From positions 62,001-126,000 of the forward strand of contig JASANG010000864.1 in assembly GCA_030248215.1 (NCBI GenBank): a DNA stretch of 64,000 bases, read 5' to 3'. Below, one piece after another: positions 51,389 through 64,000 of the stretch (within the stretch, counting starts at the first letter, position 1; every line of letters begins with the position of its first letter). The notes under the pieces were generated by a model. The model saw nothing but the letters and a program-made list of their open reading frames with translations. It had not been told where the DNA came from and made no database searches. The position numbers and the translations under genes were made by a program. Source of the DNA: Enoplolaimus lenunculus (taxonomy: Eukaryota).

Positions 51389-54300
51389 TCATTTCGATTC
51401 AAGTCCATCTCGATGACACTTCAGTATTTTAGCCATTGATTCATTAACGCACGCCAGTGTTCGGCTGAAGCTTGAACTCATGTTGCCTCGGCAAAGTTCG
51501 TCACATTCTGTTCGTTGAAAATAAATATTAATTCTGCACTGTTAAAAATGGTGAGTCAAATTGACTCTCTCCGAAATAGGCTTTTCATGACTACACAAAC
51601 TGAGTCAAAATTCGACTCCGCCAGAGTCAAATTGAGTCGAATTTGACTCAGGCGGAGTCGAATTTTGACTCAATTTGTGTTATCAAGAAAAGCCTATTTG
51701 GGAGAGAGTTCATTTGACTTGCTATTATTTGCTGTGTGATTAAAAAGTTGACGACATTTGACGTGAATTTTGCCACCCAAATTTTCGATGAAAAATATAT
51801 ATCTCAATTTTGGAAGTATATATGCCGGTTCAAAGATCATCCAAAACTTTTCATACAAAAATGTCATTGAAAATTTTATTTCAGTCTAATTAATTTGGTT
51901 CAAATGTTAACTTGAATTTTAACAATCAAAGTTTCATAGAAATTTCGGCCCATGTTAAGGGGCGTCCAGGATTCTGGCGGTTCTATAAAATAGTAGGTTT
52001 AGATTCCAGATTACATTTTTTGCTTAGGTTTAGGCTTAGGCTTAAGTAAGCTTAGGCTTACGAACTCATATTTGCAACGCTTAGGCTTAAGCGAATGCGC
52101 ATAATCTACTGTTAACCCCTTAACGTAACATTGGCCGAAATTTTATATTAATTTCAGTCCAAAATTTCGTTCAAAGATTCGGTTGAGTTTTTGTATACAA
52201 AGGTTGCTTGAAAAATTACTTACGTGAACTTTGCTCACGTTGAACTGGTGTTTAACCGAAATTTTGTCAACTAATTAAGTTCAGCTGAAAACGCAGATTG
52301 AGTTTTACGCACAGATATGGATTTATTGAAGCTTAATTTAAATTATTGCAGCCACTGCTTATGCGATGGATTTTTATCTATCGACAGCGCTAATATGCAG
52401 CGTCTAAATTTATTATACAAAAAGCCAGCATGCAATTTCAGCGAATGTTTTCTCTAAAAAATCTAAATATCTGTTAAACAAACTGAGAACTATATTGCAA
52501 AAACTAGATAGTCAAATTGATTCTCTCCGAAATAGACTCTGCGGGACTACACAAACTTGAATCACATTCGACTGCACATGAGCCCAATTCGACTCACTTG
52601 GTCGCACTGTTGACTCTGGCGGACACGAATTTGATTCCGTTTGTATAGTGCCGTAGAGCCTATTTCGAAGAGACTCAATTTGACTCACCATTTTTTCAGT
52701 GTACTACTACAAGCACTATTTGAAGCGTTAGCCAAGAATAATCATACAAAGTAGAACGAAAATTTCCTTTGAAAACTAAACTATATTAATAAGCGTTTAC
52801 TCTAAAAAAGTTCGCAACATGCCAGGGGTACAAAAGTCCAGAATGGGCATGCAGGGAGTATTTTGAATGGCTTGCAAATGGGACTAAAACTTGTTCCAGG
52901 GTCGGAACAGAGTTTGCTGGGGCGTTGAGCTTCTCCCTTTCTCCGACTACGGGCCCATCAGCGAGTCGTAATGCAATCAGCAATATATGAAGTGCATTTG
53001 CAAGAGCAACTTCAACTCAAACTCAATAACTTAACATGCCATACTACAAGCGTGCCTTGAAGTATAAAAATATACCGTGTGGAAAACAGTGATTAAACGC
53101 AAGCGCCCGTATTCTCAAATGTGTGTAGCACTGTAAACTTTTGAAGCAATAAATATTGTGAGGCTCAAACTTCAGAACATTTTTTGCATATGATTTGCTC
53201 TTCTGTACCAATTTTGAGTTCAACAACTGCTATAGTTAGTGAGTTTGAAAACCTATTACGAATTAACTGATGATAGTTGCTATACATAGTTGAGACTATG
53301 GGCTAAGGTGTCAAATGAAAATTTATGTGGAATTTGACTAAAATTGTAAGCTACGTAAAACAAGTTGAAACGCTTACGATTGACTTTATTTCGTCGACAA
53401 CAGCCGAGGTTATCATTGCCGGCCGCTGCGCAACGCATCCACGCTTTTGCGTCTTCAATTTTGCACTTTTTCGATACTGCAGCTGCAATTATCTGAAATG
53501 AACGAGAAAAAACCTTCAACTTTTAGCTGATCAAAATACAACACCAATATAGAATTTTAAGCTCTGGAATTCAAAAAATCTGTTCACTAATCTTAGCTTT
53601 GCTTCAAATAATACCCATTTAAGTGCTCGATTTGGTGTTAGCTCAATACTACGCTTACACTCAGCCATAAATTTACGCCTACGTAAGCCTACGTCTAAGC
53701 CAAAGCGTTAACTTTAAACCCACATTTCGTATAAAATATACAAATTTTTGATCGTATTTATACTATAAAGCAATGTTTTCATGGCGCGGAGGGCCCGTGA
53801 AATGCCGACGCTGCCCCATGGAACGCTTCCATTTCCTGTTGCTTTTCACAAATGGTCAGCCTCGAAAAATGTTTTTAATTGCTTACCTCACTTTTCTTTG
53901 TATCGTACCGACACAGCTGCAGACATCTCGGTATCAAGCCTGCCTGCCTACAACAATCTTGAATACGTCCTAACGCTTCAGCATCTGATACGCCACGCGG
54001 CCTTTGTGGCGGCGGCAGACGCCTTTGAAACGGAGGCGGTCCGTCACGTCGATTGAACTCATTTCGACCATTTGCCGGTCCAAATCGTTCTCGTCCTTGT
54101 CGATTGTTACCGTTATTGCCATTAAACCTTTGCTGAGGCCCGTTGTTTTCTTGAAATCTGCCCGAATTGTTGCTCTGAAATGGCTGACGCCCACTACCAG
54201 TTTGTTGGTTGAAAGGCTGATTGTTTCCAGGACGGCGGTTGAAGTTGCGGAGTTCGGCGCCGTCAGGGTTTCTTCTGCCTGGACCAATGTTGTTAGAGTT

Positions 54301-56524
54301 AAAAGGTCCTAGTCTGTTGAATCCACCAGAATTATCTCCGCCATTTTGGTTTTGTCTATTGGTGTCGAATCCACGTCTGTTGACGTTGTTTCCGTTTCTG
54401 TCCAGGTTTTCTTCTCGCCTATTGGAATCCAATTCATGTCCCTGATTATTATTATTGTTATTATTATTATTATTATTATTGTTGTTCTTATGTTCGTTGT
54501 TGTTGTTATTATTATTTCTGCCAAGCTCGTTCGCATTATCATCAATCCGCGACCCGCCAGGAGTTCTAAATCCATTGTTGTTGCCTTGTGTGTTTCTGCT
54601 ACTTTCACCTGAACGTCTTCGGTTGTTGCTGTTGTTGTTATTATTGTTGTTGTTGTTAGTGCTGCCTTTTCTACTTCTTCCGATGTCGTCCGGGGGCCTT
54701 CGTTCTTGTTGAAAGTTGCTGTTCCTGCCGCCGTTTTGTCTTCCACCTGTATTTTTTTGTTTTGGTTCCGTTCCATCTTCTCTTCGGTTACTTCCTCTGA
54801 AATTTCTCCGCTGTGGACCTTCTCGTGGACGTTGTTGTGACGGATTTAGACGGTCTCCAGACGACGAGCTACGATTATTTCCTCTCTGGCGATTTCGCAA
54901 CGGCAGTCCATTTCTGCGTGCAGGTCTATTTGGCGGTGGGCCGAAACTTCTTCCACGAGGAGGCGGTCCACCGCCGTTTCTTGGTCCATCCGGTGGCGGT
55001 CCAAATCTTCCCTTGCGGCCATTGTTAAGCCACGGTCCATTTTGCCCACCACGACGACTGGTAAATGGAGGTCCATCTCCAGGTCGGCTGTTGCCGAACG
55101 GGGGTGATATATTGTTCGGGCCCCGATTAGAGCCGGGAAAACCGGACAAGCTGTTTCGACCTCCAGATTGTTGAGCACTGTCTCGTCTAGGACCTTCGGA
55201 TGAATCCTGGTTTCGAGGCTGGTGCGGTTCCTGTGGAGGCGGGCCGCTTCCTGCAAAAGGACCCACACGATCCAGTCGCTCTCCAGGAAGAAGTGAGCCC
55301 CGGTTTGGAGTAACCTTCGTTGGTAACTGTCGTTGTTGCGTATCCGGTACATGTGGTTGAGGAAACGGCGTATCATCACGAGATGAAACGTTCGCTGGAA
55401 GTAAAATGGTTCGGTACTGGTTTAGGGTCCCCTTTATACACTAAATATTAGTTTAATAGAAGACGAAAGTGCCCCCCCCCCCACAGTGTATAGATATTTT
55501 GCATCGCGGCTGTTTTGAGATGTTTTGACTCGTTTACACCGAGGTAACAAAAATAATCATTCTTTTTAATACTTGTGAGCCCAAATGTGACATTGATAAC
55601 CCCCGCCCAAACCGCGGCAAAAAAATTTAAACAAAACGATGGTTCTAATCTGTACACATTGAGTAAACGATAAGTGTCTAAATTATCGGCTGGGTTTCTG
55701 AAATTTTACTTAAGTATTTACTTTTAAGTCAATGACTTATTGCGAACAAAATAGGTCAACGCCAAATGTGAGCGATTGTCATTGCAAAAAGTAACAGTTT
55801 TGCTTTATATTAAGGAGGCACCACTAGTGGTTACAATTTTAGCTAAATTAACGTTAGCATACCTGAACGGTTAATTTGTAATGTATCATATTTAGTCAGT
55901 GACTTAGTATTTACTTAACTTAAGTACGCATAAACATTTCGCTACAATTCAATAACGAATAATTACTGTATTTCATACAAAGTTTGGTACATGTTAACCA
56001 TAGTGCCTGCCTACTAAGCCTAAGTCTGAGCCTACGCCAAAGCCTGAGTCTAATATTATAAATTTCTAAATATCAAAGCCGTCTGTCTTGCAGTAGACTG
56101 GCCTCTTGACATGGGCCAAAACATTCGATTTACCATTACTGCTGGATCCACCTGGCCTTGCTTTGCCTCTCCGAGGTGCACCCAGTTCAGCTGCATCACC
56201 ATCTACAGGTGCCCTATTACTCCTACTACCATCGGCTCTACCGGTTCCACCACCACAAAGTCCACAGGTGGCAGGGCACGTTTTTCGAAAATTATCCGCA
56301 GTTTCATAGTTGCAAAAATCTTTCAATGCTTCACAGCGATAATTAAAGTACAATCCGCGATCCTCACACGGCAACGAATTGCTTACGTCACGTCGTCGTT
56401 GGCTGTTTTGACATAAAGCTAATGGTAAATGCGTTGTTGCAATTGCAATTATTGCAATTATGCATGCAGTAATTGTAATAAGGTCGATTCGGATGAGATC
56501 TAAGCTAATCTTTGTGACAATCAT
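51389..56524 (-). CDS. Secreted protein: signal peptide, ShKT, long N/G/R/Q/P low-complexity region, DB module; 710 aa with last exon 4a
   Basis: Exons 56134-56524, 53887-55394, 53378-53492 and 51389-51507 join in frame (2133 nt). Hydrophobic leader ITACIIAIIAIA; ShKT CEDRGLYFNYRCEALKDFCNYETADNFRKTCPATCGLC; DB-type DCCRQAGLIPRCLQLCRYD...CAAAGNDNLGCCRRNKVNQCDELC...ACVNESMAKILKCH. Confidence 0.85.
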
Positions 56525-58095
56525 TGTTTTTTGCTGCTTTAGATTTGGTCGCCAGCTCGAGTTGTGTCAGGTAAAATATATCAATTTTACATAATGACGC
56601 GATTTGCTAGTTTCAATTTAAGATCAAATATTTTGATTTTGTGTCTAAGTGAAACGTTTTCTATTGCTGACAGTGCTAGAAAATAAACAATTTCAAATGC
56701 AATTATGATATTTTAAATGCGATTAAAGCGTAAACTTGCCTGTTTGTTTATTTAAAATCTAGAAAGTTAGTTTAATGCTGCTAGAATCGCTCAAGCTTAA
56801 ATCAAGTTTAGTTTACGCTTTTGGGGTGTAAATTAAAACGTTTCACAGGCATAATTTCAGAATTTGAAAATGCTTATGACGACACAAACGTTGTAAATGT
56901 ATCACTTTCAACGAACACTATATATTTCTTAATCTAATGAAACTGATACAAAAGAGTTTATCAATTTTGTGAAAAATAATTGTCACAAAATTAATCTTTT
57001 CGAATAAAAAAGAATGGAATCCATAGTTAATTTATAGTATCATTTGATGATAAAATACTCTTTGTAGTATTAAACAGATTTTGATTATTTTTCTATTGCA
57101 AACGTTTTTTTTTCTGTCCGGACAGTAAAAGTTTCAGTACGAATCGTATACAAAAAAAAGCCACTGACTACTGATATTTAAACAGCAAAATTTCATTTAA
57201 CTTTATCGACAGAACGAATAAACTCTACTCTTTGTACAGCAACGCACGTTGCGCGGCATATGAAATGATTGGATTGAAGAACGAAATATAGAGTTAAATA
57301 TTGAGTTTTCAAATTGTGTTGACAAATCATTTAACGATAAATCAATGAAACATATTCGATATAAATGCTTTTTACAATAATCAGTTGAAATTATGAAGAT
57401 GTATTTCGCCCCCCGCCGTTCCTTTCTCGGAGCGTCCACATACGACAAACTGTGGTTACAAGCAGCTGTAAAACATGTGCTTGCAGGAAATATGTTTAAT
57501 TTTTTTGTATTTAGAATTTTTTCATCACTTGTAATCTAGGACACGGCAGCGAATCTACTATAAACCGTAGTGTTTATAATTATTTTCAAACTAATGTTGT
57601 ATCATTGTGTATTTTAGTATATAAAATCAAATGAAAATCAATGAAAAATACTTACTTCCCTGCGATGCGTTAAATTCTAACTTTGTTACAGAGTTTGTAG
57701 GTGGCTGTGCCACTCTCAAAATCCTATTTCAAACTAAAAACTAAAATACAAATTAAAACTAAACACTAAAAAATCACTTTAAGGGAGTCCCTCGATCCAC
57801 CTAGTCTATCTTAGAAGTTAAGTTAGGCTTAGGCGTTGCAGGCTATGTCAACATCCTGTAGGTGTCCCGGATATTTTGTTGTCAATATTGTTGTTGGTCG
57901 TGTGTCATGCCGAAGGTGTCTGGACCTGGCTTGTGTAGGCTGGCGGACACCCGCTTATGGGTGTCGGTTTGCATGCAAATTAGGTCGAGACGCCGACGGG
58001 ATAACCAGGACAAAATTTTATAATTTAACTGGATCTTTTACAATCGGTTGCTTATTTTTGGTGTGATTTTAATTCATCATTTACTATAGTTTGGA

Positions 58096-58437
58096 GTAAG
58101 AGAGTTTTGGAGTTCTTCGGAGTTTGGAAATTTGTCAGGATAAGATTGCCACGGAAGTCTGATGTGAAGGAAAGCACGGCTTGGTTGTTACTTGGGTTTG
58201 CGAATAGCGCGGTTAAGTTGCACAGCACAGGGTGGTGTTATTTTTTATGGAGTATAAATGGAGAATGTAAGAGTGTTTTGGAGTTTTTTGGAGTTTGGAA
58301 ATTTGTCAGGATAAGATTGCCACGGAAGTCTGATGTGAAGGAAAGCACGGCTTGGTTGTTACTTGGGTTTGCGAATAGCGCGGTTAAGTTGCACAGCACA
58401 GGGTGGTGTTATTTTTTATGGAGTATAAATGGAGAAT
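58096..58437. repeat. 171-bp tandem direct duplication, nearly identical copies
   Basis: Unit gtaagag.gttttggagtt...tataaatggagaat starts at 58096 and 58267. Confidence 0.9.
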
Positions 58438-61400
58438 TTAGGGTAACGTAGGAGATACCGGGGGCAATCGCAAGTCTAGTAACGCAAACGGGGTTAGTTT
58501 TACTATTCTACAAGCAATTTGGCCATGTTAACGGGCTTAATTTGGTCGAAAATTTGGTGTAACTCTAACGGGTTCAGAGTACACGGTTTTTGAAAAACTC
58601 TAAATTGCTGGAGAATTGGCATTAGTGGACTTGTGGCTGATCTGAACACAATCTAGGCATAAGTGCTCAGGAATTTTGGATCAGGCTACGTCAATTGGGA
58701 CATATCTATTGTGTCGTAATTGCATTATTGTTATAAAATCGGTCTATCACAGTTTTCGGGTGGGGCAATAAACGGATATTACGGCCGCGTTACTGAATCA
58801 AAGCGATAAGCATAGATCGGGATAGAATTGCACGGTGTTGTGGTTTGGGGGCTATAAGTCCTATAAATCATGAACTTCTTACAGAGTTAACAGCTTAATA
58901 TCGATAATAATTTTTGTTTAAGAGCATGTTTCCTCGATTTCGCAAGTCGCTTTTGCTTTAACATTAGTGTAACATATCAGGATACAACCGTAGGTCTGCC
59001 TCAGGCTTCGGCAAAAAATCGAATTAAAAGTAGGGTATATAATCTTCCTAATTTAAAAAAAAAACAATAAAACTATTTTAGACATGGTTTGTAATTTTAA
59101 ATAATCGTTTGAATCTTAAAGCTATATATATTTTGTATGTTCTGCGCTATATCTGGCAAAACAACGCTCCGTTAGGTGTAATATTCAACAAAGTTTATCC
59201 TTGCAACAAACGTGATCTGGAACCCAATTTTACTCAATTTTTCAAATACCAACTCAAAAAATTCAAAAATTTTACATTTACAAATTAAAATAGCACAATT
59301 TCCAACAAAATATCCGGTTGCGCTCTGGATGTGGCCATTAATAAAATGTTTCAGTCAAAAATTGTCTTGTTATAAAGAATAGTTATACAAATATAATTGC
59401 AAAGTGACAAAAAAAACTTAAAAAATATAATTCTCCAGACACGTTACGCAATTTCAAATGTTATATACTTCAGAAACAGTTGTCAGGAACTGTAAAAGTT
59501 TCTGCACACAAAACTGTTGATTGTGCAATTTGGACAAGTCAGCATGGTTGAAAGATATCTTTGTGTTTTACTGGAGCGTAATTTGTACACTTTTTTGTCG
59601 ATATATGAGTGCAAAAAACAGACAAACAAACATTAAAAAATATTTATTATTAGAACTTCCTGCAAATTTGTTTCTTAATGTTGCTCATTTTTTCATGAAT
59701 TTTACCTGCAAGGGCCTATGTAAAGATCAGGATCGGAACTTGTTTCTGTGGGTCTAGAAAAGAGTAAACTTAAGCTTTAGACTAATTTTTTGCCTTGACT
59801 TAGACTTAGGCGTAGGCTTAGGAACATGCTCGTTCTTTCGCTTAGGCTTAGGCTTAGGAATATGCTCACTCTTACGCTTAAGCTTAGACTTAGGAATATG
59901 CTCATTCTTACGCTTAGGCTTAGGCTTAGGTTCAGGCTTAGAAATATGTTTATAATACTGTTCCGCCCCTGTTATTTACATTGGCCAACGCAAGAACGTT
60001 AAATTTGAAAATATCTATTGACCGCAAGTTGAAATGACCTCTTCGAGGTTTACAAACGACACAAACGCTGTTATATTTATGTTTTATGTCTACACAGTCT
60101 TAAATATGTATATATAGCACTCAGCGCGTTTTTTTGTGAAAATTGTGTCAAACAGATTAGGAAACGGATAGTAAAACGAACCGAAAACGAAGTGAAAAAT
60201 TAAAAATTGTCTTTTTGATCATGTGCTCAGTGATGTGCACTATGCTAACATTCCACAACTGAAAGGTTAATCGAGTGATTTTTGTCAAATTATGAACAGA
60301 TAAAAACAAATGGAATTATCGATAATATTCCGCTTAACACACCAGTTTCACAGCACAATTTAACAAGTTTTAATGGTAAACTTTAGCCACTGTAAAAAGT
60401 GGCTGCTTGTAGTTTCCAAAAAAAATTTTGAGCGAAATACCCTTTGTAAATCAGGTTACAACCGAAGTCTGCCTTCGGCTCAGGTAGAAAATCGACCTCC
60501 GGCTCCAGCTCCGGTAGCATTTTTGCTAGAAGGTTCCGGCAATTTTGGTAGTAGGATTTTGCACTGTTTTACAAAATTTATTTGTTTGGTGTGATTCGTT
60601 TCAACTTTTGTCACAATTTGGAGAAAAAAATACTGATATTTCGTTAAGCGTATTAAACCAAAAGATTTAACAGTTAGCGAATTAAGCATCATTTTACCTA
60701 CCAGGTTTAGGCTTACCTCCGGCAAAATTTATTGACCTCCGGCTCCCGTATTTTTTACCTTTGGCTGCTAATTGCAATGTACAATTATGTGAAAGTTTAG
60801 AGTTGAGGGCATTTTGTTCACTTTTTCATCTCCGGTGTCTACCGGATTCAGTTTTGCATGCACGGTGCAGCCGAACAGCTTCATTTCGTTCTTAATATTT
60901 GTGGTTCACCTCCGGCTTCAGTTCCAGAAAGTTTTACTGTCTTCAGCTCCGGTTTCTATCATATCCGACTGTACCCTGTTACGTACAGGATAACACCGAT
61001 TTCACGATTGTCAGGTATTTTTCATGGCTACAAGATATATTCTACGAAACATACTGAACGAGAATTCGTGGCCACGAAAGCTGCTCGAGACATTGGTTCT
61101 CTTGTTCATCGCCTGTTGTTTCTGCGAGCCATTTTTTACTGGAGTTTGTGTTTTGTCAGGCATAAAATCTTAGCCGAAATTAGGGTCGACTTCAAAAAAG
61201 TTACTGTATATGAAATGCAGCCCTTTATATTACGAACTTCTATGAAAGCTAGGTTCCAGAGGACGACACTTTTGCGGATTCACGTTATAACCGGGCAGGC
61301 GGGACATGGTTTGTCCCATGTTGATTCGACGTCAACGTTAAAATTTGAGCACTCATATCGGGTGAACAGATAAAACTCGAATGTAATGTGACATTTCCTT

Positions 61401-62285
61401 ACAAACCACTGCTCTCACAACATCAATGTGTATAAGAGACGGTATGTCACATTATATTAACAGGCATTTATGCGAATATCATATGATGTTCCAAAATTAC
61501 AACGAATATCAAATGATATTCAGCGGGACAGTGTAACCTTCGGTTGCTAACAGATTAATGGAAAGTCTGATGGCAGAGGGACAATGTGCTTAAAATACCA
61601 AATACACGTCTGCACAGCCATTTCCGACACAAAATCGATAAGAAAAACAGTGTCATAAATTCAAAAATTCAAATTTCAAATTTTAGTATGTATTCAACAG
61701 GACAATTTAGGTATATTACCTCAAGTGTGCGCACATTTGAAAATATATCATATGATATTCGCTCACAATACGTCCAATATCATGTGATATTGAAGGACAA
61801 AAGGTGACCTACACATGATGACAGCAGACAAATACGACTTTTTGAATATGATATGGGGTATGTTTCAGACAAAATGTTACCAAATGGGCTAATAGGCACA
61901 AAACGTGCCCCAAGCTGCTCCGGTTATAACGTGAACCCCGCATTTGTAATACCTGTTCTCTACATATGAATAGAACAGTGGGAGCAACCCGGTTTGGGCC
62001 CTCCAACAGAAATCAATATTTAGCTCTATAATAGCACCCAACTTCTCGATTGCGAGCTTGTTGTACTAGCTTTCCCTTCCACAAATTTGAGGATCCGACA
62101 CTGGTAACACCCGAATTTTATTGACAATTTTTCTGATTTCCAAGTTTAGCTGTATGGCGTATACAAGTAAAGTATCGGTATCCAAATATCGCTCATATAT
62201 AGAACAGGGCAGGAACAGTAGTGTAAGCATATTCCTAAGCCTAAAGATGAGACTATTCCTAAGCCTAAACCTAAGCAAAAAAGTT

Positions 62286-62435
62286 AGTCTAAAGTTTAAA
62301 CTGACTCTTTATTACCTAAACATGGGCCCAATATCGGTATTTTGCATAGTCGGTTCAACAAGTCTAAAGTTTAAACTGACTCTTTATTACCTAAACATGG
62401 GCCCAATATCGGTATTTTGCATAGTCGGTTCAACA
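62286..62435. repeat. 75-bp tandem direct duplication spanning a MITE end
   Basis: agtctaaagtttaaactgactc...cggttcaaca occurs twice. Confidence 0.9.
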
Positions 62436-64000
62436 ATAATACCTCTAAAACCCACAGTTCGTATGGCCTTGTTTAGATACAGGACTGGGTCAGATTCACC
62501 ATTCGGCTGTGCATCACCTGGCACTGTAGATCTACACGCTCATAAATTACACCAGTGAAATAATTCCTATAACATTTATTACAATGACGAGCGACCAGCA
62601 CAGAAGATAACTGAAAACCAGGGTGTAACCGGAAGCGAAAAATACCGCAACCGCAAGCGAAAATACTAGATTGCTAAAATATTTGACAATTTCAGCAAAT
62701 ATTGGTTAAATGTTGTCAAATTGTCAAAATTTTCGTTTTGGCTTATTTTTTAATAACATCCGACAATTTGTTCCTCATTGTATCAATTGTTAAAGCTAAA
62801 TACAGTGGACGATAAATGGTGTAAATTATAAAAAAAATCACTAACAAAATTGCCGAAACCTTCGGCGGAAACTCTATTGGAGCTGCAGGTCGATTTTCGG
62901 CCGCACCGAAAACAGCCCTCCGTTTGTACTCTGCTTAATATCAATGTCACAATATAGTTCATGCATTTTACAATATTATAATGCTTTTACTATGCAAGTA
63001 CGATATATGTTTCGAATTACGACACAATAGAACACGTATCGTTTATAACCGCATTACCATAAGCTGCGCCTTTTGGTGTTTGAAAATTATTTACAATGCT
63101 ATGACGTTTCTTTTTGGCAATTTACAGCAGTCATCAATTAGTTTAGGACTTATCTCAAACCAATTAAAACGCACATAATTCAGCTGTGACTTAGTAAAAC
63201 CAAAAGTGGATGATGTCCACCTTGCAAGAGTGTGCAACTGCTTGGGCTGTGCATGGTACTAAACGCACCAGCTCGCGTTGCATTTTTGTTCACCCCCCCC
63301 TCAATCTGGGGGGGGGGGGGTAAGCAAGAGATTAACAATAAAGTATGCTTCAGTACACCTGCCCCCCTCATTTAAGGGGGGTCAACTATTTTGTTTAATC
63401 ACACTTGCGTGTACGACTATTTAACACAATAATTTTACTACGATATAGAACTGCATACAGACCCCCCCTAAACAAGGGGGGTAGGCTAAAAACGCAACGC
63501 GTGCCGGGTACATTCTTTAATACATAGAATGTACCCAGTTGCACACTCTTGTTATAAAGAGTGATCATCCACTCTTGGTAAAACTGTCTAGATTATTGCA
63601 CATACTCCAGCTATTAATTTCCATGAGTAATAAATATGCACTTTGTAGTACACAACTAATTACCACAGAGAATACACGGTTACCCCTAACTTCCAAAACA
63701 ACAATATAGTTTTGCAGCTAAATGGGTAGGATCACGATAAAATCTCAAATTCTTCATCGCTATCGTATGTCGGCTCCACATACATAAATTCTACAAAAAA
63801 ATTAAATAATTAGTGAAAAGTTCAATATCCCAATAACCGTTCTACGGCATTAAACAGCTTAAGATATTTAAACTAAGCATGCATATTCCATCACCTACTA
63901 TCATAAAAATGTGATAAGTTTTTCAAATAACACTTAAAAACTTAAAAAATTATTTAATTTTTTAGTCAAATCTATAACTATCAAATGCGTGGCAGGAATA

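Noticed and set aside
53970..55379. Many overlapping ORFs on both strands (poly-Leu, poly-Ile, poly-Thr)
   Set aside because: Shadow frames of the low-complexity exon 53887-55394.
58107..58451. ORF with a 57-aa internal repeat
   Set aside because: Explained by the 171-bp DNA duplication; no recognisable domain or splice context.
60858..61373. 171-aa ORF
   Set aside because: Starts within a ccgg-rich MITE remnant; no recognisable motif or exon structure.

Overview
Repeat-rich eukaryotic genomic DNA, almost certainly from a nematode (TTAGGC telomere-type repeats, ttttag/tttcag acceptors, an innexin, ShKT and DB domains). I reconstructed four spliced genes by hand. (1) The 3' end of a + strand LRP-like gene (YWTD propeller, EGF, LDLa) that ends in a ShKT-like domain with no transmembrane segment in its C-terminal part. 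(2) A - strand innexin (inx-10-like) in which three paralogous, intact first coding exons, all ending in phase 0, lie in tandem upstream of one shared set of four constant exons; an orphan terminal exon downstream may give a second C-terminal tail. (3) A - strand SNAPC1/SNAP43 gene with a long basic tail. (4) A - strand secreted protein (signal peptide, ShKT, about 500 aa of N/G/R/Q/P low-complexity sequence, DB module) with two duplicated alternative last exons. The variable-exon/constant-exon innexin is the most interesting system; the start of its middle variable exon is triplicated (direct/inverted/direct) and could form competing hairpins. Introns and intergenic DNA hold many MITEs, including GGCC-ended elements with 8-bp TSDs that carry telomeric repeats. 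All gene models and family assignments come from manual reading and recalled motifs, not from searches.
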